64,000 bases of DNA from Eledone cirrhosa. Lineage: Eukaryota. Below are positions 13,806 to 26,625 of this stretch, piece after piece. Location: assembly GCA_964016885.1 (NCBI GenBank), contig OZ024742.1:267344001-267408000 (forward strand). Reading direction: 5' to 3'. The notes beneath the pieces are model-generated. The model saw only the letters and a list, made by a program, of their open reading frames with translations, had not been told where the DNA came from and did no database searches. The position numbers were made by a program, and so were the translations under genes. The number at the start of each line of letters is the position of its first letter. Position 1 is the stretch's first letter.

Positions 13806-14491
13806 TTTGGTTTGTCTAAGTGAATTTCATTCCTTTGTCCCAAATTTCGAATTGACCGCCGAGTAAACCAAGTGTCTATAGCTAACATTACTGCTAGAAA
13901 ACACAACTGCCGAGGTTATAGAACGCAAGACTTGTTGACGAAGTAAATCCTTTGTTCTGTCATCAAAGGCCATTAACCTGCAGACCCCTGCAAGCGGAAT
14001 TAGTCGATCTCGGATTTACAGAAACGTAGCGTGGATGTTGTATGTTATATGTGATGTATATTGTATGCTATACGTTATGCGTTATGTGTTGCATTCGATG
14101 TCCACGTCATGGTCCAGGTCTGTCAAAATCTTTTCCTGAGTCCAGTTTTTTTCGTTGGTATGGCAATGCGGCTCGACTGTCGGTCGCTATATTTGATTTG
14201 CAAAGCTGTCTAAGCGTATTGTTATAACTCTGGGCTATTATTCTCCATCGAGTGCTAAGCTGCATTCCGAATCTGCATTCGTTAGCTTAGCCGCAGCCAA
14301 AAGCTTCGTTAATGCTGTACTAAAATTTATATATATATATATATATATACAAAGATTAATATGGTTCATTGAATACTCAATGAATATAGTTTTACAATTG
14401 ATTAAAAGCACTCTACAAAGAAATTTTCTGGAGTTATTAATATTATTCAAAATATTAATAAATGAAGACGTTCACATAATTAAAATATATG

Positions 14492-14553
14492 TTTTATTAT
14501 ATATATTTCGGAGGTACTGTGCTGTTTTTTCAGTACATCCTCGTCAGATAAAA
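14492..14553 (-). ncRNA. Type-I hammerhead ribozyme motif (mirror copy)
   Basis: Minus strand TTTTAT-CTGACGA-GGATGTACTG...CAGTACCTCC-GAAA-TATATATA-ATAAAA. Confidence 0.75.
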
Positions 14554-14659
14554 TACATGAATTGATGTATGACAAACCTCAACTGTCTTGATGCTTCAAT
14601 GCCAATACTGGAATTGAACCATCAAGTCAGTTGAGGTATGTCATACATCAATTAATGTA

Positions 14660-14723
14660 TTTTATCTGACGAGGACGTACTAAACAAAAACAGCACAGTA
14701 CCTCCGAAATATATTTAATAAAA
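14660..14723 (+). ncRNA. Type-I hammerhead ribozyme motif
   Basis: Stem I TTTTAT/ATAAAA, CTGACGA, stem II GGA-c-GTACT...AGTAC-c-TCC, GAAA, short palindromic stem III. Confidence 0.75.
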
Positions 14724-15454
14724 CATCTATTTTGATTATGTGAAAGTCTTCATTTATTAATATTTTGAATAATATATATATATATATATATAATTGATTG
14801 TATATATGTGTATATATGCGTGTAGGAGTATAATATCATAAGGATTTCCTTTCTATATGTGTACACATTGTATGTATACATACACTTTTGTCTTTCACGC
14901 GTGTTTACTCATGTGTATGTATGTCTTTCTCTCTCTCTATATATATATTTTTATATATATATATGTATGTATGTATGTGTATATATATGTATATATATAT
15001 ATTTATATATATATGTGTATATATATATGTGTTTATATACAATATATATGTTTGTGTGTATATATATGTATAGGATTGTGTGGGTATGTCTGCGTGTGTA
15101 TATCTATATCTATATATATATGTATATGTGTGTGTATATGTATACATTTATTTTTATTTTTATTTATATATATATATGTGTGTTTTGTATATGTAATTAT
15201 ATATATATAAATATATATATATATCATGTGTATGCGCCTATTTTTATACGTTGTTTGCGTTTATTTTTTATTATTTAAAACACACACACACACCCCACAC
15301 ACACCTTTCGTTGTCAACACGTCCCTTTATGGCTTTATTTTTATTTTTACTTTTATTTTTTATATATTTCTTGAATTTTTTGATCTTATTTATATCTGTT
15401 CTCGAACTAATTCCCAATGGTTTGTAGATATTAATATGTGTATACGCATATATA

Positions 15455-15865
15455 TACTAGACCTGAAAAATTCGCAAGCTCAAATGTTTGGGACAAGAGT
15501 TGTTGCTAAAAATATTGTAATCATTATGTATCGTACACTCTGTAGCATCCTTTAATAAAAAAGAGACTCATAACGAACTCTAGACGACACGATAATTATT
15601 TAAGCTAATGTTCAATACCTCATATTAGATGTTTAGTAATGATTAATACGAAATACACTTAAACCGAATTCTATATTATAAATTCACTTAAATAATTATC
15701 GTGTCGTCTTGAGTTCGTTATGAGTCTCTTTTTTATAAAAGGATGCCACAGAGTATACGATAGATAATGATTACAATATTTAGCAACAACTCTAGTCCCA
15801 CACTTTTGAAGGTTTATTATAACATTCTGTGGCTCTTTTGAGCTGGCGCACTTTTCAAGTCTAGT
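15455..15865. repeat. Inverted repeat (fold-back), arms about 150-180 bp
   Basis: actagacctgaaaa...gacgacacgataattatttaag (15456-15604) versus cttaaataattatcgtgtcgtc...ttttcaagtctagt (15687-15865). Confidence 0.8.
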
Positions 15866-15926
15866 TTAATATTTTGTTACGGCAACGATTGTAATAACTC
15901 TAGTTAAAGATGATATATATTAATAA

Positions 15927-16013
15927 TTGTTTCTACTTTTGGCACAAGGCCAGCAATTACCCAGTGCATTACTGGTACTTTATTTTATCGACCTCGGAAG
16001 GATGAAAGGCAAA
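15927..16013 (-). mobile_element. SINE 3' fragment (same family as 10626)
   Basis: tgtttctacttttggcacaaggccagcaattacccagt...tatcgacc..aaggatgaaaggcaaa. Confidence 0.8.
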
Positions 16014-16703
16014 TGATATATATTAATAATAAATTATCGTTGTAATGTAATTAGATTATATAATTGTTATTTTATAAATGATCTTATAAATATTATTGTA
16101 AGATGTATAAAAATATTTTCAGACTTTTAATATACCCAACTACAAAAAACAATCAGTATTAAATAAATATATTTTACATAATAATTGTTATAGTTGAATT
16201 AATAAAAATTAAATATTACATACAAATAGTCTAACATAATAATAATAAAATATTCTAACATAAAACGAACAATAATATGGACAAATATACAAGTAAATAT
16301 GATACAACCAATATTATAAGCATGTTATAACGCACCGTAGAAAAAAATATTTAATATAAATTTTAAAAATCCTATATAAATTAACAATATAACTTACCGA
16401 AACGAGAAAAATATTTTGATGATAAAACGACGAGATACAGGAGGAAGACTCGAAAGCGAAACGACAAATAAACGTGCAAACAAAATGGCGGAGATTTTGA
16501 GCAACAATTACTCCGTTTGGTTGATGAGCCAATAAGACGATGAAATTAGCCAATAAGACTATACATTACAAAACATGTTTGGCAGTGATCACCACGGCTA
16601 GCGACACCCCTTTTTTTATTCACAAGCTACGCATATATGCCAGACACGCAGACTTAAAACATTCTGTTGTTAGTCACTGCGTGTCTAACATATATATGTG
16701 TAT

Positions 16704-16753
<50 letters not shown>

Positions 16754-18052
16754 GCCTATATATACATATACATATATATATATATATGTGTGTGTATACG
16801 TATATATATATATACATATATATATATACATATGGGTGTGTATATGTATGTGTGTATATATATTATATGTGTATATATGTATAAATATATATATATATAT
16901 ATTTGTATATATGTGTATGGAGAGATATGCATGTGTGTATATTTAGATTTTACGTTTTTACTGAGTACATGTGTGAGTCTGCGCCTCTGTGTGTGCGCAT
17001 GTGTGAGCAAAAGATCACACGTTTATATGTGTGTATTCGTATTTCCATTTAGACGCACATAAACTTATGTGAGAATGTGTATGTTTACGTACTATTACGT
17101 ATAAGCGTGTGTTTGAGTATGTGTAACTTTATGTTCTGGATATTTATTTATATATTTTTCCCCTCAATTGTTTTGCCCGTTATTTGATTTCAGCCTCACT
17201 CTCATATTCTGCTTTCAAATCCATATTTAATAAACATTCTGTTATTCATTCTGACGACTGAAGACAGATATAAATAAACCACTGGTAAATGAAATAATTA
17301 TCTTATGTTGTTTATTACATAACTAAAAAACTCTGTAGCCTACATAGAGCACTCTCTTTTACTTTACCTTTCCTACGGAAATACTTCATTTATATATATA
17401 CTTATATTCTCCGCGCTTCTTCAAAAGCCGAAAATTCGGCTTCGTGCATTCTTTGTTTACACACTGATGTCTACCTTTCAGTCTCTCTGCCTTTAGAAAG
17501 TTGTTGTCCAGTTATATATAGCTAAGATGACAGGAAGAGAGTTATCATTGGTTTCTTAGCTTAAAGGGTAAAGGATCTTGTCGATACTTGGAAGATAGGG
17601 TGTTCAGGTCCACATAGCCGTCCTTGGCAAATTATTTTTCTGTTGACTTCAAATTTACTTTGAAATATACACCTGTGCGCCTTCATGTCTAACAACAGGA
17701 ATTCTCGACAGAGGATCATGTGCTGTTCAAGAAAATTCATATCGTCATCGTTCATCTTCCGCACAATAAAATATTTGGGATAGAGCGCAACCGGAATTTT
17801 CGAACTACTTGACAACTATTCACCATTCAAGAGCGATCGTAATAACGACTATTAAGGAACTGATTAAGAAATATACCAATTGCGGTTACATCGCTATTGA
17901 TGAAACCCATCTGATAGATGACAGGAGTAGACTAAGTGTGTGAAACCTATTACTGATTTATTAATTCATAAATACCAACTGCGCACAAGTTATTAGGTCC
18001 TTTTTCTTTCATCTTTCATCTGTATAATTAAACACTTATATATATATGTATG

Positions 18053-18166
<114 letters not shown>

Positions 18167-18818
18167 AGTGTGTGTGTGTTTGTGTATGTGTGTGTACTGT
18201 AAATAAAAGCTTAATTTACAGATATTGCACATTGAAAAGTTTATTGAAAACTAATTGCGGGGAAATGTTCTGAATCAAATTAAATAACTTGTAAATTTGT
18301 TTGCTTTCTTAAAATCAATGAGACATTCAATATTTGACCTGAGCTGCCTCTTTTAATGCTTGAATTCTTCCTCATTATTTGTTATACTTGCGTCATATAA
18401 AATCTCCCATTTATTTTTCTTTTATGCTTTTCAAATGGGAGAATGTCTGTATTGGAAATCTTTCTTTGAATATTTGCTATATCTTCTCATGTATAGATTT
18501 CTTGTTCGCTATTTCAGAATATGTATCCTGTTTGCAACTCTGCTATTGAGCAATCTTTAACTAGTTTTACTTTCATCATGGTATTCGTGTTCCTGCAGAA
18601 ATTCCAAACATTCAGTCTTAATGGACCATTTCTGAGGTGGTTTAATTAAATTTGCAAAGAAAGCGGAGTATTGTTTAGTTTTTAATCATATGTTTCAATG
18701 TTACTATGTATCTATATTGAAATTTACTTTTAATGGAATAGTTAAACTACTTCTCCCCCCCTTTCTCTATGTACACACACACACAGACACACACATACAC
18801 ACACATACACACACACAT

Positions 18819-18894
<76 letters not shown>

Positions 18895-19753
18895 CTAGAT
18901 GTATTTTTTATCCATGAAAGTTGCGTAATGACTTCTCGTTGATGAACGGGTTTATGCAGGTAGAGCACTCCACGTCAAGAGCTTAAAGGTGGTGATCAAG
19001 CGTAACAAATTCATCAGGTATAAAATAAACATAAACAAAAGACAGAAGTTACCTAATCGTATTTATTATTATACGTATTTCTGTAACACTGGCATGGAAC
19101 TGTTGTACAATCATTACAACAGCGACCTGCACCAGTGTAACGTCATCAGATGTTTACACAATTATGTGGGTGGTTCGATATGTGGTTGGCTAACGCAAAC
19201 ATACAGGTGCAGACCATTTGTAACGTTTGCACAGCGGCAACATGCTGGTATCACAGGTATACGTATAATAATAAAGATGATTATGTAACGTTTGTCTTAA
19301 TTATTTCATATATATGTACATACATACATACATACATATATGTACATACTTACACCCCCCCCCACACACATATATATATATATAGGTGTGTGTGTATATA
19401 TATGTATATATAAGATATTGATTAATACGTAACATCATTAATCATATTTTCTAACAAAAGTATAGTTTAACGAAAGTGTTAAAGCTAGTCACTGTTAGAA
19501 CATAAGGTGAGCTTTACTAATATAACATTTAAGTATTTACATTAAGAGCAGTGGAATCTATGGTGACTAGTCATCTATAATGTGTTTAGTACGATGAATT
19601 TCCTACTGATGATTGAGTTTTTCATCTTATGTTGCCTTCCAGTTATCGTTTCTCTCGCCCTCGTGAAACAACTGTATAGAAATATTGACATTTCGGAACT
19701 TTACCATCTGTTTAATTTCTTCGGCTTTCTGTGAAAGATTTCTTTGGCAATGC

Positions 19754-19829
<76 letters not shown>
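19754..19829 (+). repeat. (TATC)n microsatellite at the 5' flank of Tx1 element A
   Basis: Pure ATCT repeats. Confidence 0.98.
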
Positions 19830-20045
19830 CTTTACGATGGACACATGTGCTGAGCTCGCTCGGTAAGTTTTGTTTAAATTCATCCGGAAATTGTAAACTG
19901 TGAACTTTCATTTTTGTACCATTTTGTAGAGGGACTGCCAGGTCAAACTTTGATCTGGTCAGTCTCTCAAAATATTCTACGCCTTTAGGCGAAATAGTTA
20001 AACAAAAAAAAGTTTTTTCTTGTTGAAAAGTCAATATTTTTTAAG

Positions 20046-21601
20046 ATGGCCGAAGCTTCTTCACCAAAATTCGAAGGAGGAAAGGGCAAGATAAACTTAC
20101 AGCTTCCCCCTGACACTGTCACAGTAGCAGAGGTCAAGAAGAAAGGTCAGCCAGAGGAAGAATTCTCTCCACCTGTTAACCGACAACTTGACGTTGCCAT
20201 GGCAACAACCCAAAGAACCAGCGGCACCAGCAACAGCAACAACAACAATGCGACGGACGAAAACAACACCAATAACAATAACAACAACAACAAGACCAAT
20301 AACTGTGACAACAACAACAATGATAACAACAACACCACCAACGACAACAACAACACAAACAAACAAAGTTTCTCCTTCGCCGAGACGACAAGGAAAACCC
20401 TGGACTATCTGCCAGTAGATATAACCAAAGCGAAGGAGCTACCGGCAGATGCGAAAAAATATATAGTGTACGGGGAAAATGGTTAATTCACAATCCATTC
20501 CCCCCCCCCGGAACTAAAAAGCCAGAGACTCCTAAACACGGTCATGTTTAGGACAATCTCAAATAAAAGTAAAAAACCAGCTCAACCATCACAGAGTGAG
20601 ATAGAGCTGGTTTTAAAAGACGTCATGAAGGACATCACCTTCATTCAGAAGGATAGACTCTACGAGCCTCGAACTTGTAGTTCAAATGAGGCCCGAAAGT
20701 ATCGCCCAGATGCCTGAACGCGTCATACTGGATGATCTAACCTTCATCAACATTACCGTTGAGGGTAGACGGCCCTCGTGTTACCTCTGCGGAACCAGAG
20801 GTCACCTGAGGGCTGTCTGTCCCCAACTTAATAAGAAAACCCCAATCCTGCCTACACCACCAACAACTGCACAACCAACACAATCACCACAACTACCACT
20901 ACAAAAACAACCACCACAGCTCAAACCAAAACAAAACAATGTCCAACCCATCCCCTCCACTCAAAAAACAAAAACAATTTCCAAAACACCCGCACCGCAA
21001 ACACAATCCGAAAATATACCCCTCCCCCCCAACGCGGAAGATGACTCTAGTTCGTCGTCAGACGAGGAGGAGCACCTCCACACAATCAAAAGAAAAAAAA
21101 GAAAACACACCTCAGACACACAAATGAAAACAACCCCTCCCCAAAACATAACACTGACACCAACACAAAAGAGCTCACAACAACAGCAAATAAAAAACAC
21201 CACACAAAAACAAAAACATGCATACACATACATAAACACAAGAAACAAAAAAACTGTTAAACATTGTGTACAACAACAATCTAATAAAAACACAAGGGCC
21301 TAACTTCACCCAGGCAGGGGATTTCCCCCACCTCAAAATGATTAAGGCCCCACAGGACACCTATAAAACTTTAAAAAACAATTTTAAAGAGGACGTGGGT
21401 CCCCCCTGCGTCGGGCTCATTAACCGCGTCCTCATAAAAAACTACCCTACCCCCTCCCCAAACACCCACACAACTCCAAGCTCCCCAACCACACAACACA
21501 CTGATGCCCCTACACTTCCACAAACCACCACCCCACCCAACAACCCATACCTCACCCTAATGGAAATTGTGCAGCCCGATACCCGGGACGCAGAGAGGTA
21601 A
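20046..21601 (+). pseudogene. Tx1-A ORF1 (gag-like nucleic-acid-binding protein), frameshifted
   Basis: Poly-Asn N-terminus, SFAE motif, PERVILDD, zinc knuckle CYLCGTRGHLRAVC (20779-20820), Pro/Thr/Lys-rich tail; homologous to B ORF1. Confidence 0.8.
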
Positions 21602-21625
21602 GTGCCTTTTCTCTTCACCACCAAC

Positions 21626-23998
21626 ATGGCTATGCTAAGAGCAGGCTGTTTAAGTGCGCGTGGCCTGGGCTCAACTTGGAAGCAAGCAATGCTTCTAAAT
21701 GACCTCAGGTCACAACGTATAGATGTGATGGTTATTTGCGAGGCCCGGATCAGCAACGTGCGACAGCTGGCCCCCACCTTTGATGACTTTGAGATGCACG
21801 CATCTCTCTGTCAGCCCGGAGGTGGGGGTGGAGTTGTCGTTCTGCTGCAAAAACATCTGGGTCTCGCAACACAGATGGTACATTTGGACCCGGAGGGTTG
21901 ACTAGTGGTTCTGGACCTTGGCAGTGGTAAAGGCGGAGCGTTTAGGTTGGTAGCCGCCTACGGCCCTTTCGGGTCAATGCGGCCGGACTTCTTCCATCGT
22001 CTGGAGACTTTTCTGGGGACGTCCCGCTCCTTGCTATTAGTGGGGGACTGGAATGGAATCCTAGATGCACGCTGGGACTACGTAGGGGCCTGTCCCGATA
22101 GAGAGGGGTGTAATAGCCTCAAAGGGTTAATCGGTCGATTTGACCTGGCCGATAGATATCGACTAGATTTTCCGACTGCGCCAACCTGGACTTGGGCAAA
22201 TCGTAGCGGATCATCTAGGTCGTACCTAGATAGGTTCTTAGTTAGAATTAAGGATAAGGACTTTTTAAGTTGTCCAAAAATGCGCATGGTTGGCTATTCA
22301 GACCACAAGTTAGTGAACTGCATGATCAACCTTGACAGAACTCATAGACAGGGCCCCGGTTACTGGAAGCTCAACTTGTCCTTACCGGCAAGTAAGGCTT
22401 ACAGGGACCGGATTAGCACTTTAGTTAAGGAGCGGTTGACGGGCGCCATAGTCAACAGCAGGTTGTGGGGATCTCTCAAAAGAGAGATTAGAGTAGTCTT
22501 AATAGAATTTAGTAAGGAGTTAGCCTCCAATAGAAATAGGAAGGAAAGGGAGTTGGTAGATAGTGTAGAAGAGGCAATTAGAAGCGGCGACGTGGCCAGA
22601 GTGCTAGCGTCGAGAACGGACCTGGGCCAGTTCTTCGACGCGAAACACGAAGGCTGCATGGTCCGAAGCAAAATACGTGCTCTGGGAAACGAGGGGACCA
22701 AAGCTGTTAGCTGGGCCCGCGTGACAGAAGCCAAAAGAGGGAGCAGATCCACTATCCGGTCTTTGCGAGACCAGGATGGACGGGTGATCCTTGAACCTAA
22801 GCAGATGTGCGAGGCTTTTCAAAAGCACTTTGCCGGATTGTTCGGAAGGGGCGGGGGACGGTTGGGGACGTGGACTTCGGTCCATACCTCGACGGCCTGC
22901 CGCGTCTCTCGGAGAGGGAGGCGAAGTCCTGCGAGGAGCCGATTTCAGCCGCTGAGATAGAGGACGTGCTGAGCCAATGCGGCAAACGCAAATCCCCGGG
23001 TCTCGATGGTCTTCCATACGAACTATATCTAGCTATGCCGGACTTGGAAGAAGCGGGCTCCTATGGTGAGGAGATCCATCTGCTGTCAACACCCTTCGAA
23101 AGGAGGGCTGGGGATGCCGTGGCTAATGATACGTAAACACGCATTAAGGCTACGGCACCTTCAGGTATTCCTCTCCGGTCAACCGGTGTGGGCCCCGTTT
23201 GTGAGGCGAGCCTTTCCCAGACTCGTCTCACTCACCGAGCTGCAATCCTGGGTCAAGCAAAGACCGAGAAAACTGGGCGCCTGGCACACCGAGTGTGCCC
23301 AGGCGCTCACGGTTCTCTGGCAGGCGGATCCGGCTGTCAGTGGAGAATCCACCTCGTCATTCTACAGAGGGCTGGTGGTTAGCAGGTGCGACGACGCCCT
23401 CGGAGAAGCCTTAGGCATGGAGGAAGACGAACTGGCAAACCTGTTCGGTAGGACATTCAGCCCGGGACCCATGGATAACTTCCAGAGGTCGCTGGCCTGG
23501 CAATGCTACAGAAGGGCTCTGCCCGTTCGAGAAAGGCTCTACAGACACGGGCGCCCGGGTAGGGACCCATCGAAAAAGATCTGTCCCAGATGCGTGTGCG
23601 ACGAGGAAACCGTTGCACACGCACTGGTACACTGCTCGGGCATTGCCGATCTGTGGGGCTATGTCGAACAACTGCTGTCAAGGGTGGGACCGATCCGGTT
23701 GACCACCGAGTCTATTGTAACGATCAAGCCGCCTCCCCTCTTCAAAAACGAAGGAGAGGCGGTGTTAATGTGCGTAATAGCCATGGCGAAAGAGGTTGTA
23801 TGGTGGACGCGTCTGAAAGGACTGAGGTCAGACACCTTTCTCTCTGGCCAACAACTGGTCCGTTTCTTCCGATATCATTTCGGAAGAAGGATCAGGATGG
23901 AGAGAGAGGTGCTGCACCCCAGCCGTTTCTATGAAAGATGGGTGAAAGTGGCGAGAATGGCCCGTGTGAATGGGCCTTCACTCTACATCAGACTATAG
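21626..23998 (+). pseudogene. Tx1-A ORF2: APE endonuclease plus C-terminal Zn domain, RT core missing
   Basis: GCLSARGL, ICEARI, LVAAYGP, GDWNGILD, WTW..SRSYLDRF, SDHKLV, GYWKLN, KSPGLDGLPYE, then a direct jump to KGGLGMP...CPRC. Confidence 0.9.
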
Positions 23999-24261
23999 GT
24001 GAGGAAGATGAAAGACCAAGGGAGCACCCCTTCTCTGTGCTCCTGAGGAGAAGGGTTGCACACTTTTTTCGGGGGTGTGTCCGACCCCACAAGGCGCCTC
24101 CTCTCTATTGAGGACTTTATTATAAATTATATTTTTTGTTATATTTTATTTTATTTTTATATATTGTTATTGCCTCCTCCTTATTGAGGACGCCTTGTTT
24201 TGTAAACTCCCCCATTGTACTTGTCCCACTTTTGATGCCTTGGTGGCAAATAAAAGAAACA

Positions 24262-24310
<49 letters not shown>
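24262..24310 (+). repeat. (TATC)n microsatellite
   Basis: Pure repeats after the Tx1-A 3' end. Confidence 0.98.
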
Positions 24311-24460
24311 CTTTTATTTTTTGTTATATTTTATTTTATTTTTATATATTGTTATTGCCTCCTCCTTATTGAAGACGCCTTGTTTTGTAAACTCCCCCCA
24401 TTGTACTTGTCCCACTTTTGATGCCCTGGTGGCAAATAAAAGAAACATATCTATCTATCT
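24311..24460 (+). mobile_element. Second, about 135 bp Tx1-A 3' end followed by (TATC)3
   Basis: Near-identical to about 24130-24261, ending aaataaaagaaacatatctatctatct. Confidence 0.9.
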
Positions 24461-24669
24461 CTCTGACGCGTGGAACATCGCCGGTAAGATTTTTTGTAAA
24501 TTTATATACGAAAAACAGAACAAATTGTTTGAAAAAACATATTATTTTGTAGATTAACCACCAAGCTGAATTGTCAGCTGGGTGGTAATCCCATTTTTCG
24601 CCCCTATAGGGGCGAACATTTTATTAAATTAATTGTTTTAAAATAAAAAAAATGTGCAAACTATAAAAT

Positions 24670-26584
24670 ATGAATAACACGAAGGGAACGCTGGAGAACG
24701 CCAATAGAGAAAAGAGAGAGAAAGAGGCAGATTTTAACGTTATATCTGCTTCTGCTACTATGGATGTCGCCATAGATACGACTGTCAACAAAGAGGAAAA
24801 AATGTTACCACTCGAAAATTGTACAATTTTTACCGTCGAAGCGGAGAAAAATAACACCAACTCACATGAAAACACAGAAATTAAACCTATTAACATACAT
24901 ACACATGAAAAAGACATCAACAACTCCACAGATACATCTACACATAAAGTTTCACCTCGTCAAGGAACTGAGATTTGCAACACCGAGGCTAACAACGATA
25001 ACAACAACAACAACAGCAACACCGCACAAAAAAAGAAAATGTCTTTCGCTGAAACAGTGAACAAAAAACAAGATTTTATAAATATTGACATCTCCAATGC
25101 GAGAGATATGCTCCAGCAAGGGAGAACATTTGTAACTTTCGATTTATAACTTTAAAGGTGGGTTTAGAATTAACTCAACCCTTGAAATAAAGGAAGACAC
25201 AGGTCGTAGATCAGTCACCTTTAGGACTGTGTCCAATTCCACGAGAAGGACGATATTTGTTAGTCAAGCAGATATAGAAGCTACTTTCAAGGAAATTCTA
25301 GCAAATATCGATTTTCTCCAACGAGGAAAACAGTACGGAAGTGTTTCCGTACTGTTTAAAAGCGAGGCACTCGCCCCAAAACATTCTGTGACACAAATGG
25401 TGTCAAAAGCATTCACCTTTTTCCCTACATACATGGGGAAAAGGACACAAAAAATAAAAATAAAAAATATACCCCCAAATATTAAAATCTGGTGGATCTT
25501 GGCTGGCTTCGTAGAGCCAGAAACTGATATAATTCTTTTGATACGAAAGTTTATTCGACAAAGGTGAGTGGGTACTGATTTGGAGATTCTGTTGCAAAGG
25601 AGGCCGGAGAGAATCTCCAAAATACCCGAAAGAGTCGTCATTGATGATAACAACAAAATAAACATTTCGGTGCTTTCGCTGTGGTAACACAGCACACCTA
25701 AAAGCCTCTTGTCCTTCACAAACACACAACAACAACATCATTAAAAAAACACTATTACCATCACCAACACCAAAACAACCACCACCACTACAAGTACAAC
25801 GACAGACGAAACGAGCAACCACACCAAAACAAACAGACACTCAACCAACAACAACAGAAAAAAACAGAGACAACACCCCTGAATAACACAGCCCCACCAC
25901 ATCCCACTCCATCAAACACTACCACAAACACACACACCGAAATACCACACAACATACCCCTACCCCACACATCTGACGATGATTATTCGTCGACGGATGA
26001 AGCTGTTTCTACTTCTTTAAGTGAAGAAGAGGGAGAGCAGCGGAAATCTAAAAAACAAAAAAAGAGACACCACAACACCCCCCAAAAAACCTCCAATCAC
26101 CAACACCAACACACAACCACAGACACAAACAACAACACAAACAACACCACAGTCAAACATCCCTCTATTAGCAAAACCAACATCAACAGCACCAACAGCC
26201 CCAAACACAAGCACCCACCATAAAAAGAAAACTCCCGGTCGAACAACAAACTAAAACAGCACAACAAAAACACAAACAACAATACGCATACATCAACACA
26301 AATAACAAGAATTTGATGGAGGTCATCTTCCAAAACCCCAAGGTGGAGACAGAGGGCAAAACTTTCGTCAAGGCAGAATCGTCTCCACTACCTAAACTTA
26401 TAAGGGTTTCTATGGAAACCTATATTGACCTAAAAATAAATTTTCACAGGACGTGGGCAATCCCTGCCAGAAACCCATCAAATCAACCGCGTCCTATTAA
26501 ACTGTTTCCTCACCCCACACCAACACTCCATCCAGCACCCAAATGGAGATTGAACAACCCGATCTCCATGAAACGAAAAGTTAA
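24670..26584 (+). pseudogene. Tx1-B ORF1, frameshifted
   Basis: Poly-Asn, SFAE, PTYMGKR..KIKIKNIPP, PERVVIDD, knuckle CFRCGNTAHLKASC (25671-25712). Confidence 0.8.
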
Positions 26585-26625
26585 GTGCACCGTTCGCCCT
26601 TTTTCTCCAACTCTTCTTCACCAAC

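Larger units (their letters stand above)
14350..14773. mobile_element. PLE pLTR fold-back element with hammerheads on both strands, in (TA)n
   Basis: Arms about 14440-14604 and 14609-14773, loop ATAC; same family as 41856-42145 and related to about 36480-36630. Confidence 0.85.
19830..24261 (+). mobile_element. Tx1/L1-clade non-LTR retrotransposon, family A, RT-deleted
   Basis: 5' UTR, ORF1 with CCHC knuckle, ORF2 APE plus C-terminal CPRC..E...HA..HC, 3' UTR ending AATAAAAGAAACA directly before (TATC)n. Confidence 0.92.

Noticed and set aside
17561-17830. TTAAAGG-starting segment as a DNA-transposon end
   Set aside because: No matching second terminus or transposase was found
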